DNA of 64,000 nucleotides, taken from positions 120,838,001 through 120,902,000 of the forward strand of contig NC_042997.1 of NCBI RefSeq assembly GCF_006345805.1. The letters are read 5' to 3'. Position numbers and translations under genes: made by a program. The notes under the pieces were generated by a model. It had not been told where the DNA came from. It did no database searches and saw only the letters and a program-made list of their open reading frames with translations. Source of the stretch: Octopus sinensis. Its lineage: Eukaryota. Shown here piece after piece: positions 54,472 to 64,000 of this stretch; the stretch's first letter is position 1; every line of letters begins with the position of its first letter.

Positions 54472-55601
54472 GTGAGTCGGTCAAACATGTAGAAGCCTCA
54501 TTGGGGAGAATGGGGCCAGCCAAAATATATCAACGTCACCATTTTTCCCTCTTCAACAGCGCTTTACATAAGCACATGAAATAGTTGATTTTTATTAGAA
54601 ATCTTTACCAACCGACATGACCGTTCAACGCTATATCTCATGAAATATACAATGCGATAATGGACCTTACTCACTGAAATTCCTGTAATTGGCTACTACG
54701 TTATTTATCAGACCCCAAAGAAATTCAGTAATGAAGAAAACGTTAGGATTAGAAATCAGAGGAGACATAAAACACAGGAAAGCATTTTAACTGAAACGAC
54801 GCATCCATTTTACACATCTGATGTCACCTAAGATTGGTAATATATTATTACAACAGACAGATCAGATGATATCGTTTTTTTTAGGATAGAGCTACTCTTT
54901 ATGCCTCCCTTCCTTTCAGTTATTCATTAAATTTTCTATTTAATTTCTTCATGAATGAAGAAAAGGTTCAAGGTATGAGATATTTATATAAAGTGCTTCA
55001 ATGTGGTGGTTTGCTAAAGATGGTGTTTCAGTATCAGTTGGATGTATAGTAATGCGGTTGGAAGTGCTGGAAGCGTTTCTGCTACAAATATTCATCTATT
55101 TACATTCGCTGCATTGCGATAATAATGTTTCCGTTAAGGAAACTAAATTCCAAATGGCAAATGTGATATCACCTGATTATATTGTAAGATATTTGCATTT
55201 ACATCGGTTGGTATAGCATTGATAGAATTTCAATAAATATTCATCTTCCTTACTTAGCTTACAATGTTTGAATTTATCCTTCATATATGCAACAGAATAT
55301 TCCATATTTAATACTAGATTCTCTCTAAATGATCGCACTAGAAGATGTAAGGAAGTCGCATACTTAATAAGTAGCTGTATTTGTATAAATATTACAAAAG
55401 AGGGCGATGGGGTAAATATGAGTTAAATTTAATTCATTGTGAGAGAAAATAGACTAAAATGAAAGCAATGAGTTTCAGTTTCATATATTGTGTGGATATG
55501 TATGTTATGATTAACATTCAAACAATTATAAAACATATATAATAGGAGAGAGATGTAACATAGCTATTTTACAATGAGAGCAATGTTTGTGTATTACTTT
55601 A

Positions 55602-55685
<84 letters not shown>

Positions 55686-55777
55686 ATACATATATATATA
55701 TATACCGGAGTAAACACATAAATGTGAAACATGGTGGAAAAAAAGAGTACTCAAATACCAGTGGTAGAGTGATATGA

Positions 55778-55930
55778 TTTATTTAAAGCAGCAGAAAATT
55801 CAACAAAACCTGTTACTCTGAGTTTCGCGTTCCCGTTCGTCGGACAGTTTTTGCTAGAAACTGTCCAACGAACGGGAACATGAAACTCAGAGTAACAGGT
55901 TTTGTTGATTTTTCTGCTGCTTTAAATAAA
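55778..55930. repeat. ~73-bp-arm fold-back containing two divergent atypical HHR-like motifs
   Basis: Arms 55778-55850 and 55858-55930, loop TTGCTAG. Minus 55810-55847: CUGU-CCGACGA-ACG GGAA CGC-GAA-ACUC A GAGU-A^ACAG. The plus copy 55861-55898 has CCAACGA and a disrupted stem II. (TA)n-rich flanks. Confidence 0.75.
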
Positions 55931-55954
55931 GTATATATATATATATATTTAGAT

Positions 55955-56001
<47 letters not shown>

Positions 56002-56003
<2 letters not shown>

Positions 56004-56480
56004 CTAGCACAATGACCCGGCGTTGCCGGGTCTAGAGCTAGGGTTTGTTGTTCGTTGCCGGGTCGCTGTAAAAATTTCTCACCGGGCCAGTTCTGTTGTT
56101 TATGAGCTAGTTGAAGCTTTTTATGAAAGTAATTAATATTCATTGGACTTCGGTTTTCACATCTGGAACAACACAATCATTGAAAATTAGGGGGATTGTG
56201 CATATGCCATTAGTGGGACAAACAAGGGGACAGAAGAAAGCGACAAACTCGAATTTGGCCGCGAAATAGCATGATTTTGAAAATACATATACATCTCGTT
56301 TGTTGAGTTTTGGTTTCACGCCCAGCCCTGTTCTGCGCAATCAGTGTCGCGACGGGAAAGCATGGGTTGGGCGTTTGAACGGCAGAGGTGATTAAGTTGC
56401 ACACGCCAGTCCTTTTGACACCCCTCACCTAACCGCCTCGTCCTAGCAATGGTGGTAAGCAGGGCTCGCTGATGACCTTT
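56002..56480 (+). mobile_element. Possible non-autonomous Helitron/Helentron-like element
   Basis: Begins ACTAG, followed by the hairpin ACCCGGC-GTT-GCCGGGT, an arrangement seen in non-autonomous rolling-circle elements. The distal end is not defined. Confidence 0.3.
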
Positions 56481-56559
56481 GTTCGAAGGTTTTGTTTATA
56501 TATATTCAGTAAAACACATTCACTCATTTTCAAAACTAGAAATGTTATAATTTCTAAAT

Positions 56560-57360
56560 CTCTTTAAAGGAGATACGAAGCAGCAGTACTGAGTACAATA
56601 TTTATTGTCTAGCTAGCGTGACAGGCCATAGAAATAGGACGAATGTTGCTGTTGATTAGTTCCGAGAGGCGATCACCTCTAGCTAGCTTTATGACGCACG
56701 AACCTGCGTCCATAAACCTCAAGAGACAACAAATTAGAAGTTCAAATTGGTATTATGCCCAGTGTGCCATATATTTGGTTTTGCATATATTATTGTTCTA
56801 GAGAATGTTAAAGGAAACGCAAGACAATTATAAGTTTCTTTCAAAATTTGAGATTCCATACACAGTTTTTTACGTAGCATATGGGTAGCATGAGCCCTAC
56901 CTCTTGAATTTCTGCCATTTTGAGGTCTCCTTGTATCTGAACTAGGTAGTAATCAGCCTTTTTTGCTATCATTCCTCGGGCACCTATAGACAAACAGTAT
57001 AGACAAAAGGTGTTGAGGTTCCACATTTTGCCAATTTCTGTTTCAAGATCATTATACTTGCTCAGATTTTGGTAGGTTTTGATGGATACATTTATGTCGT
57101 CGGGACAGTCAAAATCAATGAGAAGGCATGCTTTTTTGTCTGAAGACTTTCAATATAATATCTGGCATAATCGCATTTGTCTTTCTGTCGGTTTCAACGA
57201 TGAAGTTCCAGAGGAATGAAATGCGATCATTCTCAAGCACTGGAGGAGGTTTTTGTTCCCACTAGTTTTTATCATGGGGTAGATCCAGGATTTCGCAAAT
57301 TATCTACTGTTATCTATCATGTCTGTTGAGATACTCTGTAGATGCAAGAAAATTGCACAT
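56560..57360 (-). mobile_element. Degenerate 3' fragment of a Dong/R4-like element
   Basis: Broken-frame WEQKPPPVLENDRISFLWNFIVETDRK...MPD...CLLIDFDCPDDINVSIK...SKYNDLETEIGKMWNL...IGARGMI resembles the RLE domain of the neighbouring ORF. Its 5' side abuts an ATT/GTT microsatellite. Confidence 0.75.
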
Positions 57361-57427
57361 GGAGAAAACATTATTATTAATGTCATTATTATCATTATTA
57401 TTATTGTTGTTGTAGTTGTTGTTGTTG

Positions 57428-57464
<37 letters not shown>

Positions 57465-57481
57465 CATTGTCATTTACTTTT

Positions 57482-60400
57482 AATCTGCATGTTTGATGCA
57501 ATCACCTGCCGGGGCCCACCCAGCGCCCTAGGGCAAGTGAAGGTTAAGAGTTGTTGAAATATAGCTGAAAGCTTGGGATGGGGAAGTAGAGATATATCTC
57601 CATGTAATGCAAACACAGACATTTACATTGATAGGGTTTTTCTAAGGATGTGGGCAGTACTTGTTAGCACAATCTTTTGGATTTCCTTGAGACATGGTTT
57701 TCCAGGGATATTGTCTAGGTGTTTCTGACATCCCTTTTTTATCATACCTAGGGCACCTACAATAACAGGAACAGTTTTTGTTTTAAGATTCCACATCCTC
57801 TGTATTTCGATTTCCAGGTCCTTATATTTACTAAGTTTGTCAAATTCCTTGACAGATACATTTTTATCAGTGGGGACGCTTACTTCTATTAGTCTGCAGG
57901 TATTTTCTTCCCTGTCTTTAACAATTATGTCTGGTCGATTAGCCTTGATCGTTCTGTCAGTGTTGACTGGAAAATCCCAGAGGATGGTGACATCTTTACC
58001 TTCAACAACTGGCTGAGGATGGTGTTCATACCAGTTAGCAGGAGTGTCGGATTTGTAGTGTTTACATATCTTCCAATGTATATACTGTCCTACCCTATCG
58101 TGGCGATTTTTGTATTCGTTTGGTGTCAGCACAGGACATCCCGAAACGAGATGGTATATCGTTTCGGCAAATGTGTCGCAGAATCTGCATTTAGGGTCAG
58201 TACCGTTTCGGAGAACGTTAGCCTGGTAATTTCTGGTAAACAAGCTTTGATCTTGTGCTGCCATTATGAAACCTTCAGTCTCTGCTTTCAATCCAGAGCT
58301 CTTCAGCCACTGATGGGTTGTTGCTTGGTCTACATCAGCATTTTGGCTTCGGAGAATATATTGTCCATGCAGGGGCTTCTGGCTCCACCGCCTCTCAATT
58401 TGATTCTGCCCGTTCTTTTTTGCAGTCTGCTTGATTCGCTTTGCTTGCTTGGTAGCAGTGGTTTCCGGCTCTTCATCTGATTCAAGGTTAATGTCTAGTT
58501 CCCTTTCGAACTTATAAGCTTCCTTGACAATAGAATGCAGCTTTTTGTTGCTTTCGTGTTCGCACACAAGTCGCAGCATCCAGTCCTTTGTACTAGATAG
58601 GTACCTGTTCACTCCTACAGTAGAGGTCTTATAGCACAGCTCTAATTGCATCATTCCTCTCCCCCCGCTGCTTCTAGGTAGGTACAGGCGGTCTACATCT
58701 GCCTTAGGGTGGTGCATGCTCTTGGATGTCAGTAACTTTCTTGTCTTCCTGTCTAAGCGTTGGAGTTCCGTAAGGTTCCAGTTAATGATATTAAAACTGT
58801 ACTGGACTACTGGAAGTGCCAGGGTGTTAATGGCCTCAATGCAATTTTTGGAGTTGAGTTCAGTCTTCAGTACAAGCCTTATTCTCCTATAGTATTCCTT
58901 TCTTATTTTTTCCTTCATAGTAGCATGATGTATACCATCTCCTTCGTTGATTCCTAGGTATTTGTAACTTTCCTGTGGGTCAAGTTCCTTGATGGTAGTG
59001 TCAATATCTAATTTAACAGAAGCTGTTTGCCTGAGCTTGCCTCTTACAAACGTTGCTTTAGCACACTTATCAAGGCCAAAATCCATTCCGATATCATTGC
59101 TAAACTCTTTAACAGTTGTTAGCAGCCCTTCTAGCTCTTGGTCATTCCTGGCAAACAGCTTTAGGTCGTCCATATAGAAAAGATGGTTTATTAATTTACT
59201 AAAAACTTTGTACCCATATCTGGTACTATCCAATTCGTTTGAGAGTGGGATCAGTGCCATGCAAAAAAGTAATGGAGAGAGGGAGTCACCTTGAAAGATG
59301 CCTCGTTTGATGTTGATGCTGTTGGACTGGCTCATCCCATTACTATGGCTTAGAAAGAGACGTGTGTTCCACATGGTCATGCTATTCTCTAAGAATTTTG
59401 AGACGACAGGAGAGATCTTGTATATCTCAAGGGCCTTGAGTATCCATTTATGTGGGACACTGTCATACGCTTTCCTGTAGTCTATCCATGCCATACTCAG
59501 GTTTTTGTTTTTGCTCCGGCAATTCTCTACAATCATTCTGTTTATGAGCAATTGGTCTTTGCACCCATAAGAGTTTCTTTTACAACCTTTTTGAGCTTGT
59601 GGAAGGATAGAATTTTGTTCAAGGAAAGCGTACATTCTCTCCGTTATTATGGATGTGAGGATTTTGTAGGTGGTGTTGAGACATGTTATTGGCCGGTAAT
59701 TCTTTGGGTTTTTTGTGTCTTCGGTTTTAGGTAATAGGTAGGTGGTTCCTTCAGTCAGCCAAGCAGGTATTTGCTCTGGGTTCTGAATGACATCAGACAG
59801 AGATGCAGCGAGATGTTCGTGTACCTCTGTCAAACAATTCAGCCAGAAGTTAGGGATCCGATCCAGTCCTGGGGTTTTCCATTTATGAGCCTTCCTAAGG
59901 ACACACCTTAGCTCCTCTATTCCTATTGCTTCCCATTTCTGTTCTTCAAGTTCATCCAGTCTCTCTTTCTCACGTTCTATCCAGTCAGCCTCAGCATTAA
60001 ACTCTTTTTCATTGCTCCATACCTTCTTCCAGAACTCCTCCACTTCCTCAATCTTAGGTGGATCTTCTATGTGTATTTTATTTTTGCCAATTTCCCTATA
60101 AAATTTCTTTGCATCTGTCTTAAAAAATTTATTTTGTCGATAAAATTTGTTTCTTTTGTCATACCTTCTAAGCCGTTGAGCTTTCAACTGTATCCGTTGT
60201 TTCAACAGTTCCTTAGTTGCAGGTAGGTTTATGAGATCTTTGATTTTATATTTTTGCTTGATTTTTCTAGCTTTTCTCGGCTTAATATTCACTGCTCTAG
60301 CAAGCTCATCGAGAACTGAAACATCCGCCCGCAGAAATTCAATCTCTTTTTGTATCGCTACTTTCCACTTTGGAGGTTCATTGACATGCCTGGCCTTTTT

Positions 60401-61445
60401 CTTTGTCATCTTAATACCTAGTTGGGTAGTTACTACTTTAGCAGTGGAATAAATGAGATTATTTAAGGTTGTCAAATCATTCCCTTTATTTCTTAAGATC
60501 TGTCCTAGGGCAACATTATATGTCATGATTGTGTTGTTATTTCTTGTGCCATTTGAAAACTTTGGTAGTGGTTCTCTATTAACCATGTCAGTGAGCTCAA
60601 TCTTGCCGAGTTCTCTCATAATGTCCACTTTTGCTTCCATAATCTTTTCTCTATTATTCACCTCAAATTCTATGTCATATCTATTTTGGTTTTCTTGAGG
60701 AAGGTCTACGTTCTCCTCTTTTTTCAAATCTCTCGTCTTCGCTATTCTTTGTTTAACTTCCCCATTGGGAAGTTGATTTGCCGCTTGTACACTGGCTTCT
60801 GTGCTACTGTTACCTATTTCGTCTACATTGTTGCTGTTTTCTTGTGGTCTACCATGAGCTATCAGTGTCCTAATTTTGTCAATTTCAGCGTCAGTTAGTC
60901 TTTTGTTTTTAATTATATCTCTGCGTACATTACTTAATTTATTTGCGTCTATATATCTACGTACGTCATTGCCTACTGAATTTCTCCATGAGATGTATGT
61001 TTGTACACTGAGGTTATTATTTGGGTTTAGTTGGGCTGTATAAAAAGCTTTCAACACATCTCTATAGTCCTCTCTGGTCCATTTTATACGTTTTGCTTTA
61101 GGTGGTGTTTTTGGTGGTGTCACTACAAGTCCAGAGTTAGAAGTATTCTGGTTCTGGTCACCTGGTAGATCGTCTTTTTGAGAGTTTGTTCCAGCAGCAA
61201 ACTTTTCGACCCCAGTCTGGTTCCCTACTGGGTAACGCGGTCCTTGTTGTCCCGGGCGATGACCGATCCGGCATGAATTTTGGCTTGTTTTCATTAAATG
61301 ATTGACGGCGACATCAGAGGGGTCCATCTTTTCAGAGTCAACTTTTTGACAAGACGCCGCCTCTGTGACGGTGTCGTTAGAAGAAGGGAGTGTTTGTACA
61401 GGGTCAATTTTTTGACAAGACACCGCTTCTGAATTCTCCGAATTA
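57482..61445 (-). mobile_element. R4/Dong-clade non-LTR retrotransposon, apparently full length
   Basis: A single uninterrupted ORF, a ~140-nt 3' UTR with a stem-loop, and (TAA)n-type tracts at both ends (57370-57470 and 61445-61660). TAA-repeat targeting is established for Dong elements. Confidence 0.88.
57623..61327 (-). CDS. RT + CCHC zinc knuckle + restriction-like endonuclease polyprotein (1234 aa from MDPSD; the frame stays open to 61582 through the microsatellite)
   Basis: KTPGLDRI, YRPITCL, QKGC, DYRKAYDSVPH, GIFQGDSLSP (59285-93), YMDD (59165-76), FGLDKC, YKYLG, CRFC...ETIYHLVSGC, RHD, NRPDI (57929-37), IEVSVP, K.SKYKDL. No stops. Confidence 0.93.
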   Translation of the reverse strand: MDPSDVAVNHLMKTSQNSCRIGHRPGQQGPRYPVGNQTGVEKFAAGTNSQKDDLPGDQNQNTSNSGLVVTPPKTPPKAKRIKWTREDYRDVLKAFYTAQLNPNNNLSVQTYISWRNSVGNDVRRYIDANKLSNVRRDIIKNKRLTDAEIDKIRTLIAHGRPQENSNNVDEIGNSSTEASVQAANQLPNGEVKQRIAKTRDLKKEENVDLPQENQNRYDIEFEVNNREKIMEAKVDIMRELGKIELTDMVNREPLPKFSNGTRNNNTIMTYNVALGQILRNKGNDLTTLNNLIYSTAKVVTTQLGIKMTKKKARHVNEPPKWKVAIQKEIEFLRADVSVLDELARAVNIKPRKARKIKQKYKIKDLINLPATKELLKQRIQLKAQRLRRYDKRNKFYRQNKFFKTDAKKFYREIGKNKIHIEDPPKIEEVEEFWKKVWSNEKEFNAEADWIEREKERLDELEEQKWEAIGIEELRCVLRKAHKWKTPGLDRIPNFWLNCLTEVHEHLAASLSDVIQNPEQIPAWLTEGTTYLLPKTEDTKNPKNYRPITCLNTTYKILTSIITERMYAFLEQNSILPQAQKGCKRNSYGCKDQLLINRMIVENCRSKNKNLSMAWIDYRKAYDSVPHKWILKALEIYKISPVVSKFLENSMTMWNTRLFLSHSNGMSQSNSINIKRGIFQGDSLSPLLFCMALIPLSNELDSTRYGYKVFSKLINHLFYMDDLKLFARNDQELEGLLTTVKEFSNDIGMDFGLDKCAKATFVRGKLRQTASVKLDIDTTIKELDPQESYKYLGINEGDGIHHATMKEKIRKEYYRRIRLVLKTELNSKNCIEAINTLALPVVQYSFNIINWNLTELQRLDRKTRKLLTSKSMHHPKADVDRLYLPRSSGGRGMMQLELCYKTSTVGVNRYLSSTKDWMLRLVCEHESNKKLHSIVKEAYKFERELDINLESDEEPETTATKQAKRIKQTAKKNGQNQIERRWSQKPLHGQYILRSQNADVDQATTHQWLKSSGLKAETEGFIMAAQDQSLFTRNYQANVLRNGTDPKCRFCDTFAETIYHLVSGCPVLTPNEYKNRHDRVGQYIHWKICKHYKSDTPANWYEHHPQPVVEGKDVTILWDFPVNTDRTIKANRPDIIVKDREENTCRLIEVSVPTDKNVSVKEFDKLSKYKDLEIEIQRMWNLKTKTVPVIVGALGMIKKGCQKHLDNIPGKPCLKEIQKIVLTSTAHILRKTLSM

Positions 61446-61446
61446 A

Positions 61447-61522
<76 letters not shown>

Positions 61523-61596
61523 GTTATTATTATTATTATTATTCATATTATTATTATTGTTATTATTATTATTCTTCTTCATATTATTATTATTAT

Positions 61597-61642
<46 letters not shown>

Positions 61643-63770
61643 TGTTGTTGTTGTTGTTGTAGTTTGACACTATGATGTACTTCAATGGAAACAGAAAATT
61701 GTGCGTAATGATAATATTTCATAAAAGTTTTATGGCGACGTTTTGCGGGTTATTTGTGATACGTATATCTTGTACTCTAACAGTATTTTCTGTTTTGTTT
61801 TTTATTGTTCTGAATTAGCAAAAGGAAAATGCAATTAGCTGCACAATATGGAGGTGTAAATTAAGAGTGTATGTTAGTGAGATGAAAGTAATTAGTTAAA
61901 ATTTGCAGAGGGAAGCAATCTGCTTTTTACCCTAATACTGCTCTACGAAAGATAACCGTTTGAATATATTGTGTTAGAATAGATTAACTTTCAACTTAAA
62001 ATGGAATTAAGTTTGATAGAATAAGTATTTAAATATTCTTGATGAAACTTGCGCAGGCTTTCTTTGTAATGAGTAGGATATTTTTGTTTAAAGGAATAGC
62101 AATTATTTTCACAAGCAATAGTGACTTATACATTCAATACTGACTTATACATTCTGATAGAAATCTTTTGTATTTAAGGCAGGCATCATGGAAGTTGACG
62201 TAAGTATGCTTATCCAAAAGTATTTCGTGTCATACAAACAGACGGAATTGTTTTATGAGCGAGCATATGTTTCCGTTTTCATTGAAAGTAGCAACGCATA
62301 CATGAGGAGATACTACAACAGCCTAGGAGGCAATAAACGAAATTATTGAATAATAAGATTTGATTACAAAGATTAAAGTATATGACAAACTAAAGGAAAC
62401 AAAAGTGGTTTACAATAATGTTAGTTTACAAAACAAATACCTTGATGGTCATTAGAAGACGATTTGAAAGCGATATATTTTTACAGATGTATTTGTCTGT
62501 AAATTAGCAGCAACAAAACTGTTTAGACAATAAAAACATTCCGGAAAGATTTAATTATTCTAACGTCAGAAAATGACGTCCACAAAGTCTAAATATAATT
62601 ACTAATTATTTTGCATGCAAATGACCAACGGCAACGTATTAGGGATTTATGAAATTTAATGAAGTCATTTGCTACTTCCTAAATATTCAATTAAAGATGA
62701 TATTGCAGATAGAATTTTATTTATTTCTTGATTATGAAGCAGTGATTGAGCTAATCAGGACATGAATTAAAAAAAATTATATCTTACATCTGCCAATTGT
62801 CTTGTGAGAAATTAGGCAATGAACAAAAGAAATTTCTAAGAGGAGGGGTATTAGTTGCGATACAGGATTTCAAATTGAATACGGAAATTTACATCTATGA
62901 CAATAATATTTGTCAATATAATTCTAATATTCATTTTTTTGTTTCTATGTATAATGCATTTGATAAGTACCTTACAAATTTCACCACTGAAATTGAGAAG
63001 ATTATGTGTCTACTCCTATAAATTATTACATCCCAGAAATGGTATAGCACATGGTTAAACATGATTGCTTCTGAGAAAATTATTGCATCGTCTCTACCTC
63101 GGATACGAAAGAAACTTTAACACCAATTCTGCTCTACGAAATGTTTTAGACTATAAAAATAAAAATCTGTTTTATTAGTTATGTAACTTGCTTTCACTGT
63201 TCAAAGACAGTGTTATATTATATGTTAAACATTCAATCTTATCCAGAAATATCTACCACTGTTTATTTTAACCACAATTAGAATGTTTAACTCAGAATTA
63301 TCCACAGAACAGTAATTGTCTCTGAAAAACCACTAGGATGTGATGTGTGTAAATAAGTCAAATTTGTGTACATAATTTTACTTGTCTAGTATTGTCAGTT
63401 GTTGATTACATTGGTATTCAAACGTAATTTTGGATGATTAATGAGTCCAATGTGAGTGATTAATGTGAGTGCTGAACTCAATTCTTCATATAATTTGCAA
63501 TATTAATGAATGAGAAACTACCCTATAGCTCTATTTGGGAAAATTAAATGAAGGACACACACATTCCCCTAAAGTCATCAGGTATATATATGCTTGCCTG
63601 CTTTCGGTGTTATTCGCTTATATTATATATGTTCTTATTTACAATAATTAACATAGCATTGTTGGAATACATAGGACAATATATTGGAGTATGTATGCAA
63701 GTATGAGTTTATTCATAGCTGTATCGTTGGATGCATGTATGTGTATAGATGTATATATATATATATATAT

Positions 63771-63823
<53 letters not shown>

Positions 63824-64000
63824 TAACTCATAAGTGGTATACAAGTATATATTAAAAGAAAACTAGATACATTCGGGAGATATTTAATTCCATCACACAC
63901 ATGTTCGATTATACAATAGAAGTTATAAAAGTATACCTGAATATAAAATTTGTATAGATTATTTTGTTCGTCATACGTGAGACAAAGGTTTTAAAATGCT

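Noticed and set aside
61445-61582. Poly-Asn N-terminus as a genuine domain of the retrotransposon protein
   Set aside because: It is encoded by the (AAT)n target tract outside the element, so it was excluded from the CDS call.

Overview
AT-rich, microsatellite-dense eukaryotic DNA that looks intronic or intergenic. The tRNA-derived SINE families and repeat landscape suggest a cephalopod, probably Octopus (inference, not verified). No host gene is firmly supported; there is one candidate signal-peptide exon at 54360-54471. The window is mostly mobile DNA: (i) an apparently intact R4/Dong-type non-LTR retrotransposon (RT, CCHC, restriction-like endonuclease; 57482-61445, minus) inside a (TAA)n tract, next to an older relative; (ii) a ~10.6 kb head-to-head inverted duplication of a Penelope-like element (PLE; RT plus C-terminal GIY-YIG) at 23841-34472 carrying ~3 kb of microsatellite-rich 3' cargo; (iii) other PLE, CR1-like, Tc1, mariner and SINE remnants. 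The main signal missed by the ORF track is a cluster of type I hammerhead ribozyme (HHR) motifs from at least five different sequence families between 23.8 and 55.9 kb. These are the PLE terminal repeats, a 484-bp partial-tandem unit, a 533-bp tandem array that resembles a retrozyme (non-coding, ribozyme-bounded retroelement), a solitary copy, and a ~150-bp fold-back with two atypical HHRs. Most of these elements sit in (TA)n, and three separate 5' inversion junctions fall in or beside the HHR. All folds were worked out by eye and none has been tested. Most short ORFs in the track are microsatellite artefacts.
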